From positions 5,217 to 69,216 of the forward strand of contig JAUWPV010000001.1 of the NCBI GenBank assembly GCA_030611385.1: 64,000 bases of DNA, written 5' to 3'. The notes beneath the pieces were generated by a model, which was not told the origin of the DNA, did no database searches, and worked only from the letters and a program-made list of their open reading frames with translations. Made by a program: the position numbers and the translations under genes. Positions 52,013-64,000 of this stretch are shown here, in pieces. The stretch is from Bacillota bacterium. Its GTDB lineage: Bacteria > Bacillota > Dethiobacteria > DTU022. How positions within the stretch are numbered: the stretch's first letter is position 1; every line of letters starts with the position of its first letter.

Positions 52013-52833
52013 TTCTTACTCTTCCCTTTTTTCCCTTTTGGTTTTGGTTCTTTTGTTGCAACCTTTACCGCGCTGCCGGAAGCTTTTGGCTGATCAATTA
52101 TGTCTGCTTTTTCATCCTTACTCTTGTCTTTTTTTTCGTCAGATTTTTCTTTTGCTGCTTCCTTCAGTTTATCCAAATGGACTATCAACTTGTGCTGCCC
52201 AATTGAAAATAAATTATTCATTATCCAATAAATAACCAGCCCGATTGGAAAATTGAAGCTAAATACTGTAATCATAGCTGGCATCATATAAAGCATCATC
52301 TTCTGACTGCTGTCTGAAGACATAGACATTTTTGAATATAAGTAGGTAGTCGCACCTGCAATCAAGGGGAATATATAATAGATACTTATATTACTTAAGA
52401 AATTACTGACTCCCTCATTCGGCACCGCCAACAAATCTATGAACTTGGCCGATTGAAAAAGGTAGGGGTTGATAATGTCCATATCGAGATAGATATTCGC
52501 ATCTTGTAAGAGGCGGAAAATACCAATCAGGATTGGGAACTGTACCAACAGAGGCAGACAGCCAGCCAGTGGGTTCATATTATTTTCTTTCATGAATTCG
52601 CTAACGGCCTTGTTCTGCTTCTCTTTGTCATCTTTATACTTCAGCTGGATCTTTTTCATTTCCGGCTGTAATACCTGCATTCTTTTAGCCGACTGAATCT
52701 GTTTATTATTTAAGGGAAACGTTACAAGTTTAACCATTACAGTCATAATAATAATGGCTCCCCCGAAGTTAGGGATATACTCGTAAATAAAGCTGAGCAG
52801 GGTGCCAAAAAATTGGGCAATGGCAGCAATCAT
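52009..52833 (-). CDS. yidC: Membrane protein insertase YidC/OxaA (short Firmicutes form)
   Basis: 274 aa with multi-TM segments and a conserved basic C-tail (KPKGKKGKSKK). Confidence 0.9.
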   Translation of the reverse strand: MIAAIAQFFGTLLSFIYEYIPNFGGAIIIMTVMVKLVTFPLNNKQIQSAKRMQVLQPEMKKIQLKYKDDKEKQNKAVSEFMKENNMNPLAGCLPLLVQFPILIGIFRLLQDANIYLDMDIINPYLFQSAKFIDLLAVPNEGVSNFLSNISIYYIFPLIAGATTYLYSKMSMSSDSSQKMMLYMMPAMITVFSFNFPIGLVIYWIMNNLFSIGQHKLIVHLDKLKEAAKEKSDEKKDKSKDEKADIIDQPKASGSAVKVATKEPKPKGKKGKSKK

Positions 52834-52855
52834 TTATTTTCCTCCTACCTTTAAG

Positions 52856-53119
52856 CTACTCAACAGGGTGGTAGCCACCCGGATTAAAGGGGTGACAGTG
52901 TAATATTCTTTTTACACCCATCGTCATACCCCTGGAAAAACCATACCTTTCAACTGCTTCATAAGTATACTGCGAACATGACGGATAGAACCGGCAGACC
53001 TGAGGTTTTAGCGGGGAGATAAAATATCTGTAAAACCTGATCAGCGCCAAGCATAATTTTACCGCAAAACTATCTATCAATGTAATTACCTTTTTAGAAA
53101 CAATTGTCCTTTCCGGCAA
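52856..53119 (-). CDS. yidD: Membrane protein insertion efficiency factor YidD
   Basis: [31 protein letters not shown] signature; 87 aa. Confidence 0.9.
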   Translation of the reverse strand: MPERTIVSKKVITLIDSFAVKLCLALIRFYRYFISPLKPQVCRFYPSCSQYTYEAVERYGFSRGMTMGVKRILHCHPFNPGGYHPVE

Positions 53120-53424
53120 AGATTATACAACTCCTTACATGCTTCATGAAAAGAAACACGCACCGCTGGTTTACGTGCAATCAAGACAAAATCATACCCT
53201 TTACACAGCTGCTCTTCCGATACAAAGAAAGCTTCCCTGTAAATTCTTTTGATCCTGTTCCGGATAACACTTTTACCAACCTTTTTACTGATCGAAAAAC
53301 CAATACGGTTAAGGAACAGTCCGTTCGGACAGTAATAAAGGACGATATTGCGCGATACAACCGTCCTACCGTAGCGGTAAACCCTCTTAAAGTCCCAATT
53401 TTTTTTAAGTCTGAAGAGAGCCAT
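53086..53424 (-). CDS. rnpA: Ribonuclease P protein component
   Basis: 112 aa basic protein with an RNR-like motif ([10 protein letters not shown]). It lies directly downstream of rpmH. Confidence 0.9.
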   Translation of the reverse strand: MALFRLKKNWDFKRVYRYGRTVVSRNIVLYYCPNGLFLNRIGFSISKKVGKSVIRNRIKRIYREAFFVSEEQLCKGYDFVLIARKPAVRVSFHEACKELYNLCRKGQLFLKR

Positions 53425-53435
53425 ATTGGATTGCT

Positions 53436-53570
53436 TCAGGCGCTTAATTTTTTTCTCCTTCGTTGCCTTCTTCTTCTAATAACCTGTCTACCGGCCTGGC
53501 TTCTCATTCTTCTTAAAAAACCGTGGACCCTTTTTCTCGTTCTTTTTTTCGGCTGATATGTTCTTTTCAT
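53436..53570 (-). CDS. rpmH: 50S ribosomal protein L34. The 44-aa product starts at MKRTYQP; the ORF-track start at 53636 is an upstream in-frame extension.
   Basis: [24 protein letters not shown] is the universal L34 sequence. Confidence 0.92.
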   Translation of the reverse strand: MKRTYQPKKRTRKRVHGFLRRMRSQAGRQVIRRRRQRRRKKLSA

Positions 53571-53850
53571 TTTTGCCCCTTTATCGATCACTCTGAATGT
53601 AAAAAAAGTATACAGTAACAAAAGTAAACGTGTCAAGGATAATGGGAAGAAATACCGGTAATATTTCTCTTGCGGCCCGCTTTAAATGAGAATTTTTCCT
53701 TTGCAGTTAACCGTGAGATCTGTTAATATGTCTTTAGTAAAAAGGTGAATATGCCCCATATAACACTGTTCTCCACAGTTATTGTTAATAACTCATATTA
53801 TTGTTAACAACTTAATCAGCTCTTCGCTCTTCTTGATTGGAGGATGTGTC

Positions 53851-55231
53851 CGTGAACAGCCAGTTAAATGAAATTTGGCAGCTTACTCTTTCTGCGTTGA
53901 GCAAGGACTTAAACAAACCAAGCTTTGAAACCTGGTTCAATCTGACGAAGCCTGTTTCCCTTGAAAACAGCTGCCTGGTCATTGAAGTCCCCAATGATTT
54001 TACTAAAGAGTGGTTTGAAACAAGGTACCGGGAGCAGATTGTAAAAGCTTTAAAAGAGATCACTTCATATGATCACCGGGTCAACTTCGTTATATCATCC
54101 GATTTCCCGGACCCCTCTGCCTCTGAATCGCCTGAAGATAATTATTATCAATCCACAAACTTTACTTCTACACAAAAAGAGGATCGTCACTTAAAAAATA
54201 AGGGCGTCTCCGTTTTTAATCCCCGCTATACCTTTGATTCTTTTGTTGTCGGCACATGCAACCGGCTTTCTCATGCCGCATCACTTGCCGTCGCAGAAAG
54301 CCCGGCCAGAGCATATAACCCTCTTTTTATTTACGGAGGCGTGGGGCTTGGCAAAACACATCTTCTTCATGCTATCGGCCAGTACACGTTAATCAACCAT
54401 GGTTTTTCCAGAGTTTTTTATTTTTCTTCAGAAAAATTTACAAATGACTTCATCAATTCCATACGAGATAATAAAACCCTCGAATTTAGAAATAAGTATC
54501 GGAATATGGATATTTTATTAATTGATGATGTCCAGTTTTTGGCTGGTAAAGAGCAAACGCAGGAAGAATTTTTTCATACTTTTAATGCTCTTCATGATAA
54601 TAACCGACAGATTATTATTTCGAGTGACCGTCCACCTAAAGAAATCCCCACTTTAGAAGATCGGCTGCGTTCCCGTTTTGAATGGGGGCTTATTACTGAC
54701 CTCCAACCGCCGGATCTGGAGACTAGATCGGCAATTTTGAAGAAAAAAGCTATATCGGATGGGCTTGTTTTATCAGACCAGGTTATTGAATATGTTGCCG
54801 AAAAAGTTATAACCAATATTCGTGAGCTTGAAGGGGCATTGATACGTATCGTAGCCTATGCTTCTCTATCTGATACACCGGTTACCCTCGAGTTAGCTGA
54901 GGCTGCTTTAAAAGATATCATCCTTACCCGTCAAAAGCATATTACGGTAAACAATATCATTGAAGTAACTGCAGAAAACTTTGGTTTAACTCGAGAAGAA
55001 ATACGTTCAAGAAAGCGTACTCAGGACATTGCTTTAACCAGACAGGTCGCAATGTATCTTTGCCGCATACTTACAGATTTATCCCTTCCCAAAATAGGCG
55101 AAGAGTTTGGCGGTCGTGATCATACCACTGTCTTACATGCTTTTAAAAAAATTGACTCACTGGTAGCAAATAGTAGCGACTTTAAAAAACGTCTCGACCT
55201 TATTAAAAACACTATCCTTAATAAGTTGTGA
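53851..55231 (+). CDS. dnaA: Chromosomal replication initiator protein DnaA. A GTG start at 53851 with a GGAGGA RBS is preferred over the TTG at 53837.
   Basis: N-terminus VNSQLNEIWQLTLSAL, AAA+ Walker A GGVGLGKTHLLHAIG, and a C-terminal DNA-binding domain. Confidence 0.95.
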
Positions 55232-55515
55232 TTATCCTGTGTATAAACTGTGCTAACTTTGATCGCCTTTAATTAATTAACATAAACCTTTACTTCTAAA
55301 CAGGATTTTCATTGATTATCCACAACTCCTGTTTTGAATTTTTTTTATTTTTTCCTATTCTGCCTGGCCTTTTAATTGTTTGTTAAAATTATAAACAGTA
55401 TACACAGAGCCTATTATTACTACTATTATTTAATATGAAAGAGATTTTTTTTTAATGTGTTAATAACTTTCATGATTCTTTTTTACATATTCTTTATAGG
55501 GAGGTTTATTCTGAT
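55232..55515. promoter_or_regulatory. oriC: oriC: dnaA-dnaN intergenic region with DnaA boxes and an AT-rich DNA-unwinding element
   Basis: A perfect TTATCCACA box at 55316..55324. Degenerate boxes TTATCCTGT at 55233..55241 and TGTGTATAA at 55239..55247. An AT-rich stretch runs from about 55335 to 55500 (e.g. TTTTGAATTTTTTTTATTTTTTCC, GATTTTTTTTTAATG). Confidence 0.75.
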
Positions 55516-56625
55516 ATGAAAATATCAACTGCTGTAAACCAGTTAACAGGTTGTTTGGAAATAGTAGAAAAGGCACTTCCTGTTCGCTCAACAATACCAG
55601 TAATTAATAATATTTTGCTTGAAATCAGTCAAAATAAGTTAATCTTTTCTTCAACAAACCTTGAAATGTTCATAAAAGTACATCTGGATCACGAAAGCAG
55701 TGAGAATGGTAAAATATTACTCCCACCAAAAATTGTTGATATAATGCGCTCTCTTCCACCTACTGAAGTTGATATTGATATAAATTTGGATAACTACAAC
55801 ATTAATATTTACTGTGGTTCCGCTAATTTCAATCTTTATGGATCCAATCCTGAAGATTATCCAGTTTCTTTTGACAGTCAAATCAATGCGGTTTCCGGTT
55901 TTAATATAAACAAAAAAACATTAAAAAAGATTCTACGAATGATTGTTTTTGCTGCTTCAAATGAAGAAACCCGTCCGGCTTTTAATGGTATTTTCTTTTC
56001 ATTTAAGGAAAACATACTTTCCCTTACCGCTTCAGATACTTATAGACTGGCTTATAAGGAAGTTAAGGACGATGCGTGGTTATTCGAAGAGGATAGATGT
56101 TTGGTACCAGCCAGATCGTTGCGGGAACTATTGCGTATACTGGACGATACCGATGGTGATATAAAGATGTTTCACCATAGCAACCTGATCACTTTTCAAT
56201 TTAACGGAATCTATTTTGCTTCCAGACTTCTTGAAGAAAAATATCCAGATGTGAGCGGAGTTATTCCAGGTGAATATAAAACAAGAATTGTCATAGATCG
56301 AAAGAAACTTGAAGATATAATAAACAGAGCAGCATTATTGGCAGAAGGCAAAAATCAAGCTGTAAATCTTTTAATCAGGGAAAAACAATTTGAAGTCACA
56401 GTTATGTCGCCGGAAGGAAGTATGGAAGAAAAAATTCCAGTTGAACAGGAAGGAGAAGATTTAGATCTGTTTGTTAATTCTCGCTTTCTTCTTGATATAT
56501 TAAAAATAATTGATGATCAGAAAATATTTATAGACTTTCATGGAGAGGGAGGGCCGGTGATTTTCAGGCTCCTCAATGATAATAGCTACCTCTACCTAGT
56601 ACTGCCGATTAAGAAAGTTAATTAA
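55516..56625 (+). CDS. dnaN: DNA polymerase III beta sliding clamp
   Basis: 369 aa, MKISTAVNQLTGCLEIVEKALPVRSTIPVINNILLE; directly downstream of dnaA. Confidence 0.92.
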   Translation: MKISTAVNQLTGCLEIVEKALPVRSTIPVINNILLEISQNKLIFSSTNLEMFIKVHLDHESSENGKILLPPKIVDIMRSLPPTEVDIDINLDNYNINIYCGSANFNLYGSNPEDYPVSFDSQINAVSGFNINKKTLKKILRMIVFAASNEETRPAFNGIFFSFKENILSLTASDTYRLAYKEVKDDAWLFEEDRCLVPARSLRELLRILDDTDGDIKMFHHSNLITFQFNGIYFASRLLEEKYPDVSGVIPGEYKTRIVIDRKKLEDIINRAALLAEGKNQAVNLLIREKQFEVTVMSPEGSMEEKIPVEQEGEDLDLFVNSRFLLDILKIIDDQKIFIDFHGEGGPVIFRLLNDNSYLYLVLPIKKVN

Positions 56626-56645
56626 ATATCCAGGGGGCTGTAACT

Positions 56646-57779
56646 TTGTTTTATATTGACAATTTGCTGATTAAGGGTTTTCGTAATTACCGGCAGCAGC
56701 AGTTGCAGTTTCATCCCCACCTTAATATTTTGATCGGCGATAATGCCCAGGGCAAAACAAACCTGCTTGAATCTATTTATTATCTTTCTGTTACCCGCTC
56801 TTTTCGTACTAACCATGATCAGGAACTGACTCACTGGGAGGAGCAGTCCCTTTATTTAAAGGGGACTTTTATTAAAAATGGTTTTAACCATGTAGTGCAA
56901 ATAAGTTACCTTCAAAACGGACGGTTCAAATTAACAATTAATAACGATCCGGTTAATCGTTACGATCACCTGCAGCAGTTTCCGGTTGTTGTATTTAGCC
57001 CGGACGATCTACAGATTGTCAGAGAAGGGCCTTCGATACGCAGGCGTTTCATTAACCTTGAAGCATCACGGCTCAGCCCCAAGTATTTTAAGGAGTTAAG
57101 GGCTTACCAGCGTGTTTTACTTCAGCGCAATCACTTGCTTAAGGATAAGCAAAACCGCAGACAAATTAATGTACTTCTTGAACCCTGGGATCAATCACTA
57201 ATCGCCCTGGGCAGTAATATTATCAGATATAGGGTAGAGGTTATCAGTGATTTGGAGAAAGAAGCGCAATTATTCTTTAATCTGATGACAAATTCCCGGG
57301 AGACCTTGTCGTTAAGTTATCTAAGTACCGTTAATTATTGTGACGACCTTCTCGAAATCCCCAAAAACTTTCACAGCGCGCTAATGACTAAACGTGATCA
57401 AGAATTCAACAGAGGTTCAACGGCGATTGGCCCGCACCTCGATGATTTTAAAATATTAATTAACGGCTATGATGCCCGGCGTTTTTCTTCTCAGGGGCAG
57501 AAAAGAACAGCAGCCCTGGCCTTAAAAATGGCCGAAGTTTATTTATTTAAGCGACAGAACCATGAAGGGCCGATTATTCTTCTCGACGATGTTTTCTCTG
57601 AATTTGATATAAATAGAAAAATACACCTGCTCGACTTCTTAAGGGATAATAGCGGCCAGTGTTTTATATCTACTGCGGTCGATTTAAATAATCTGATTGA
57701 AAGTCTTAACCGGGAGCATAAAATATTTTCTATCCGCCAGGGGTGTGCCAGTGATGAAATCGTTAGGTCCAGTAGTTGA
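56646..57779 (+). CDS. recF: DNA replication and repair protein RecF (TTG start)
   Basis: Walker A GDNAQGKTNLLESI, and an ABC/SMC-like signature near the C-terminus. Confidence 0.92.
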   Translation: MFYIDNLLIKGFRNYRQQQLQFHPHLNILIGDNAQGKTNLLESIYYLSVTRSFRTNHDQELTHWEEQSLYLKGTFIKNGFNHVVQISYLQNGRFKLTINNDPVNRYDHLQQFPVVVFSPDDLQIVREGPSIRRRFINLEASRLSPKYFKELRAYQRVLLQRNHLLKDKQNRRQINVLLEPWDQSLIALGSNIIRYRVEVISDLEKEAQLFFNLMTNSRETLSLSYLSTVNYCDDLLEIPKNFHSALMTKRDQEFNRGSTAIGPHLDDFKILINGYDARRFSSQGQKRTAALALKMAEVYLFKRQNHEGPIILLDDVFSEFDINRKIHLLDFLRDNSGQCFISTAVDLNNLIESLNREHKIFSIRQGCASDEIVRSSS

Positions 57780-58056
57780 AAAACTTTTAAGAAGCTATAA
57801 TCTATGGCAGGGTTATCAACAATATTCGTTAGTGGAAAGTTGGGATAGCATTGTTGGTCCGGCGCTGGCAGAGGTCTCCCGGGCTGAAACCATAACAAAA
57901 GGTATGCTTCGGGTAGCGGTTAAAGATTCAGTATGGTCTTACCATTTGTCAATGTTGAAACCCCAGCTCATCAGCAAACTGAATAATCATGCTGGCAGCA
58001 AAATAGTGAAGGACATATTCTTTACGATAGAAGTTTTTGAAAAGAAGGAAAAATGA
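57754..58056 (+). CDS. DUF721-family protein (recF-associated; DciA/YaaB-like). The start is the internal ATG at 57754, which overlaps the recF 3' end.
   Basis: MKSLGPVVEKLLRSYNLWQGYQQYSLVESWDSIVGPALAEVSRAETITKGMLRVAVKDSVWSYHLSMLKPQLISKLN matches the DUF721 pattern as I remember it. Its position between recF and gyrB is conserved. Confidence 0.65.
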   Translation: MKSLGPVVEKLLRSYNLWQGYQQYSLVESWDSIVGPALAEVSRAETITKGMLRVAVKDSVWSYHLSMLKPQLISKLNNHAGSKIVKDIFFTIEVFEKKEK

Positions 58057-58127
58057 CAGCGCTAGTTAACTATAATGTGAATAGCAATAACAATATCAGG
58101 TGTTACATTATAGATATGGGGGCTCAG

Positions 58128-58373
58128 ATGTTTATACATATAGGAGGATCGCAAATTGTATTTAACAGTGATTTAATTGGTATTTTTAATCTAGAAGTGA
58201 AAGACAATAATGTTAACAAGGTGTTTTTAAGTTCCGCCTCAACTGATTCCGCGACAATAATGTCCAAAACGGATCAACCAAAATCATTTATTGTGACAGA
58301 CAACTGTGTTTATATTTCTCCCATCGCTCCGCTCACTCTTTCCAGGCGGCAGAATCCCTCACGTCAGCCCTGA
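58128..58373 (+). CDS. DUF370-like small protein (RemA/RemB-like). The start is the internal ATG, with a GGGGG RBS.
   Basis: MFIHIGGSQIVFNSDLIGIFNLEV...SFIVTDNCVYISPIAPLTLSRR resembles DUF370. The family call is from memory and is moderate. The 5' 25 codons of the ORF-track version look non-coding. Confidence 0.5.
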   Translation: MFIHIGGSQIVFNSDLIGIFNLEVKDNNVNKVFLSSASTDSATIMSKTDQPKSFIVTDNCVYISPIAPLTLSRRQNPSRQP

Positions 58374-58446
58374 CAGCTCGGTTTTAACTCAGTAAAACAT
58401 GATATAATAATTAAAGTATTGTTGGTTTATCAGGATCAAGAGGTGA

Positions 58447-60366
<1,920 letters not shown>

Positions 60367-60393
60367 TTTCCATTAAATTATCCTCAACCAGAC

Positions 60394-60966
60394 TTGAATA
60401 AACATACTATCAATACCAGTTATTTGCGGGGAGGGTTTTGCTTGTTAGTCAGGATGATGTTTCCCTATATATTTCTTATGCTGATTGTTCTTGGCTACCT
60501 TTATTACCGTTACATGAAGCTTGGATCTGTTTTGCTAAGGGTAGAACGTGTATTATTCACCCGCTATAATGTCGATTCCCTTTTGATGATCATACTTATA
60601 GCTGCATCATCATATTTATTAGCTCGTTATGAACTACGCAGCAACCCGGCCACAGACGAAACGCTGGTCCTTGGTCCCTTAACTTATGTCTTTTTTTATG
60701 GGGCACTATTGCTCGCTGTAATCGGCCGTGAGTTGGAGCGACCGGCCTTGAGGGAAAAAGGCATCTCTTCTTCTCGTGGCTTCTGGTTATGGCAGGAGAT
60801 CGATTCATTCCGCTGGTCGAAAGATGTGTTAACAATAAATATAATCCGAGGCAGAAAAAAAAGATCTGAGGTCTGGCAAATCAAGCCATCGAAAAAAAAA
60901 GATATTGATCTTGCTTTAAAAAGGATGGTACAGAAGCGGGCAAACCGTTCAAAGAAGAAGAACTAA
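60394..60966 (+). CDS. Hypothetical small membrane protein (3 predicted TM helices and a basic C-terminal soluble domain) inserted between gyrB and gyrA
   Basis: A 190-aa ORF fills the whole gyrB-gyrA gap. It has hydrophobic helices (IFLMLIVLGYLYY, LLMIILIAASSYLLA, LTYVFFYGALLLAVIG) and a Lys/Arg-rich C-terminus. I do not recognise the family. The start is uncertain (MNKHT vs internal MMFPY). Confidence 0.45.
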   Translation: MNKHTINTSYLRGGFCLLVRMMFPYIFLMLIVLGYLYYRYMKLGSVLLRVERVLFTRYNVDSLLMIILIAASSYLLARYELRSNPATDETLVLGPLTYVFFYGALLLAVIGRELERPALREKGISSSRGFWLWQEIDSFRWSKDVLTINIIRGRKKRSEVWQIKPSKKKDIDLALKRMVQKRANRSKKKN

Positions 60967-61099
60967 TCCTTCCCATTGCTTTTACGCATGGGCAGTAGTT
61001 TATATTACAGTAAGGTGATTGATTTAAACGGCCGGTAGTGATTACCTGATTGATAACTCCCCTAGATGAAAATATGTGCAATTTTGTAAAGGAGACAAA

Positions 61100-63517
61100 A
61101 TGGCCGAGAGAGAAAATGTCGTTCCAGTAAATATTTACGATGAAGTTAAAGTATCTTTTCTTGATTATGCCATGAGTGTTATTGTCAGCAGGGCTCTACC
61201 CGATGTCCGTGATGGTCTCAAACCAGTTCATCGGCGAATCCTTTATGCCATGTCTGAAATGGGTTCAACCCAAGATAAACCGCACCGTAAATCAGCCCGG
61301 ATCGTTGGTGAAGTACTGGGTAAATATCATCCTCACGGCGATGTTGCCCTTTATGACACCCTGGTTCGCATGGCCCAGGTTTTTTCGACCCGCTACCCCC
61401 TGGTGGACGGACACGGTAATTTTGGTTCGCAGGATGGTGACTCGGCAGCGGCAATGCGTTATACAGAAGCCCGCCTTTCGTCAATTGCCGGGGAGTTATT
61501 GACCGATCTGCAAAAAGAAACGGTTAACTTCAGGCCAAACTTTGACGAGAGTCTTGAAGAACCGATTGTTTTACCCTCCCGGTTCCCAAACCTGTTAGCC
61601 AACGGATCTTCGGGTATTGCCGTGGGTATGGCAACAAACATACCGCCGCATAACCTTAACGAGTTGATTGAGGCTATCAATTACCTAATCGACCACCCAG
61701 AAGCTTCGATCAGAGACCTAAGGCAGTTTATTACAGGTCCTGACTTTCCAACCGGCGGCATTATTGTCGGTCATGAAGGCATCGATTCAGCTTATCAGAC
61801 TGGTCGGGGTATTATCAAACTCCGCGGCGTTGTCAGGATAGAAAAAAAAGATAAAAGTCGTGACCAGGTTGTCATTACCGAGCTGCCTTATCAGCAAAAT
61901 AAGGCAAAACTGGTTGAGAAAATAGCCGAAATAGTTAAGGAACGCAAGATGGAAGGAATCACCGATCTGCGTGATGAATCCGACCGTTCTGGGGTGCGTG
62001 TTGTCCTCGAGATCAAGGGTGACTATGAACCGCAGGTTATCATTAACCAGCTTTATAAATATACTTCTCTACAGCAGACTTTCGGCATAATCATGCTGGC
62101 CCTGGTTGATGGGCAGCCGCAAGTTTTAAACCTGAAACAGATGCTTGTTTATTACCTTGAACATCAGAAAGAAATAATCAGACGGCGATCTCAGTTTGAT
62201 CTGAATAAGGCTGAAGAAAGAGTGCATATAGTTGAAGGACTGCTAACGGCGCTAGATCGCCTTGATGAGGTTATTGCCCTAATCCGTGCATCGAAAGATG
62301 TCCATGCAGCCCGTGAAGGCCTGATGAATCTTCTTGCCTTATCTGATAAGCAGGCCCAGGCCATTCTCGATATGCGGTTGCAGCGTTTAACCCAGCTGGA
62401 AATTTCGAAACTGACCGAAGAGCAGCGACAGTTATTGGAGAGAATTGCTTACCTGTGCAGCGTGCTAAAAGACGAAACTATTGTATTGGGTATTATTCGT
62501 GACGAACTATTTGTAATCCGGGGGAAACATGGTGATAACAGGCGCACCCAGATCGTTGCAGACGAAGGCGAAGTTGTTTCAACTGATCTGATCTTCCAGG
62601 AAGACGTGGTTGTTACCTTAACCGATCGAGGCTATATCAAGAGGTTGCCTTTGACCACTTATCACAGTCAACACCGTGGGGGCAGAGGGGTTATTGGGAT
62701 TCAGACCCGTGAGAATGACCGCGTGGAGCAGTGTCATGTTGCCTCAACTCATGATAAACTGCTATGCTTCAGTAACCGGGGTAAAGTATACCTGCTTCAG
62801 ATCCACGAGGTGCCGGAATCAGGCCGCCAATCGCGCGGTACAGCTCTTGTCAACTTACTACCCCTGGAAGCTAAAGAACATATAACGGCAACATTGCCAA
62901 TTACTGAATTCAGTGACGATCGTTTCCTGCTGATGGTTACGGTACGCGGAATGATCAAAAAAACCAAGCTGAAGGAATACCGGAATACCCGTAAAACCGG
63001 CCTGACAGCATTAAATCTTTCTGATGATGATGAACTGATGGCCGTAAAACTGACTGATGGTCAAAAAGAGGTCATTGTTGGAACCAGTGCCGGCCTGTTT
63101 GTCCGTTTTCCGGAGAGCCAGGTCCGACCAATGGGGCGTGCCGCCAGAGGAGTCAGGGCGGTATCGCTTGGTGCAAAAACCCGGGTAGTCGGCGCAGATC
63201 TGGTGACTGAGAGTCATCAGCTGCTCATGGCGTCAGCCAATGGCTATGGCAAACGGGTTGCGGTTAAAGAGTTTAGCCCTCACCGCCGCGGGGGAAAAGG
63301 TATGATCGGAATGAAAACAACCCCGCAGAGCGGCCCACTGGCAATATTTGTTGTTTTAAAAGGGGAAGAAGAAGAATTTATGGTTGTTACTGCCCATGGA
63401 GTGGTTAACCGGCAGAGGGTGGAACAGGTATCATTGATGGGTCGTTATGCCCGTGGAGTGACCCTGATCCGGTTAGATGAAAATGATCGGGTTGTTAACC
63501 TGATTGCCCTGGAGTAG
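61100..63517 (+). CDS. gyrA: DNA gyrase subunit A. The start is the ATG at 61100, with an AAAGGAG RBS.
   Basis: [16 protein letters not shown]...[23 protein letters not shown] with the active-site Tyr region ([10 protein letters not shown]), followed by a beta-pinwheel C-terminal domain. Confidence 0.95.
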   Translation: MAERENVVPVNIYDEVKVSFLDYAMSVIVSRALPDVRDGLKPVHRRILYAMSEMGSTQDKPHRKSARIVGEVLGKYHPHGDVALYDTLVRMAQVFSTRYPLVDGHGNFGSQDGDSAAAMRYTEARLSSIAGELLTDLQKETVNFRPNFDESLEEPIVLPSRFPNLLANGSSGIAVGMATNIPPHNLNELIEAINYLIDHPEASIRDLRQFITGPDFPTGGIIVGHEGIDSAYQTGRGIIKLRGVVRIEKKDKSRDQVVITELPYQQNKAKLVEKIAEIVKERKMEGITDLRDESDRSGVRVVLEIKGDYEPQVIINQLYKYTSLQQTFGIIMLALVDGQPQVLNLKQMLVYYLEHQKEIIRRRSQFDLNKAEERVHIVEGLLTALDRLDEVIALIRASKDVHAAREGLMNLLALSDKQAQAILDMRLQRLTQLEISKLTEEQRQLLERIAYLCSVLKDETIVLGIIRDELFVIRGKHGDNRRTQIVADEGEVVSTDLIFQEDVVVTLTDRGYIKRLPLTTYHSQHRGGRGVIGIQTRENDRVEQCHVASTHDKLLCFSNRGKVYLLQIHEVPESGRQSRGTALVNLLPLEAKEHITATLPITEFSDDRFLLMVTVRGMIKKTKLKEYRNTRKTGLTALNLSDDDELMAVKLTDGQKEVIVGTSAGLFVRFPESQVRPMGRAARGVRAVSLGAKTRVVGADLVTESHQLLMASANGYGKRVAVKEFSPHRRGGKGMIGMKTTPQSGPLAIFVVLKGEEEEFMVVTAHGVVNRQRVEQVSLMGRYARGVTLIRLDENDRVVNLIALE

Positions 63518-63555
63518 TTATCTGGTAGTTATTATGTTGGAAGGTAGTTGTGCTC

Positions 63556-64000
63556 ATGACTGAAAAAAGAAAAGTTGGTATTACAGATACTTCATTGCGC
63601 GACGCCCATCAATCGCTGCTGGCAACAAGAATGCGTCTTGTTGAGATGCTGCCAATTATTGAGTTGATGGATAAAATAGGCTACTATTCGCTGGAGGTTT
63701 GGGGCGGCGCAACCTTCGATGCCTGCTTGCGTTTTCTTGATGAAGATCCCTGGGATCGCCTGCGGCAGCTGCGTAAGGGCTTAAAAAATACCCGTTTACA
63801 GATGCTGCTACGCGGCCAGAATATTGTCGGTTACCGCCATTACCCGGACGATGTGCTGGCTGAATTTATCAAGAAAGCGGTAGCCAATGGGATAGATATT
63901 ATTCGCATTTTTGATGCCTTAAATGATTTGCGCAATATGGAGCCAGCCATTCGTTATACGAGGGAAGAAGGGGCGCATGCTCAGGGCACAATCAGTTATA
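63556..64000 (+). CDS. Oxaloacetate decarboxylase alpha / pyruvate carboxylase subunit B-like carboxyltransferase (HMGL-like TIM barrel), 3'-partial
   Basis: Manual translation gives [96 protein letters not shown]. This is the canonical OadA / 5S-transcarboxylase N-terminus. It runs off the window end. Confidence 0.8.
   Translation, partial: MTEKRKVGITDTSLRDAHQSLLATRMRLVEMLPIIELMDKIGYYSLEVWGGATFDACLRFLDEDPWDRLRQLRKGLKNTRLQMLLRGQNIVGYRHYPDDVLAEFIKKAVANGIDIIRIFDALNDLRNMEPAIRYTREEGAHAQGTISY

Noticed and set aside
53571-53636. Upstream in-frame extension of rpmH ([22 protein letters not shown])
   Set aside because: L34 is universally ~44-46 aa and begins MKRTYQP. The extension would overlap promoter DNA.

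Overview
This window is a Firmicutes-type chromosomal origin region, with flanking housekeeping operons. The plus-strand half (about 53.8-64 kb) carries dnaA, the oriC intergenic region (a perfect DnaA box plus an AT-rich unwinding element), dnaN, recF, DUF721 and DUF370 small genes, gyrB, an unexpected small membrane ORF, gyrA, and the start of an oxaloacetate-decarboxylase-alpha-like carboxyltransferase. The minus-strand half carries the classic rpmH-rnpA-yidD-yidC-jag-mnmE-rsmG-noc-soj-spo0J block. Inside that block mnmG is absent, and a consensus parS lies just downstream of spo0J. Further along the minus strand there is a bactofilin/M23-peptidase pair and an adk-DUF951-ychF-AI-2E transporter cluster. 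rpsF-ssb-rpsR follows, with S6 carrying a long repetitive acidic/KAV-repeat tail. rplI-dnaB and a FAD-dependent oxidoreductase come next. A WalRK cell-wall two-component operon follows as M23 peptidase / walR-walK-yycH-yycI-murA(paralog)-htrA-AlkP-like-MBL. Beyond it are a CaCA antiporter, rho-rpmE-prfA-prmC, an orphan nikR, a Na/Pi cotransporter, tsaC, an LMW phosphatase, rpiB, glyA, upp and dCMP deaminase. A complete nine-gene V-type ATPase operon (G/H-I-K-E-C-F-A-B-D) follows, then murA, a PHP metallohydrolase, a GNAT, gap, a cupin-type glucose-6-phosphate isomerase, and a partial DUF39 protein. No rRNA, tRNA, CRISPR or obvious mobile elements were seen. I found no clearly novel multi-gene system; the findings below are mainly unusual gene insertions, operon memberships and sequence extensions in an otherwise conserved core region. 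All protein family calls come from reading the translated ORFs against remembered family signatures, not from database searches.
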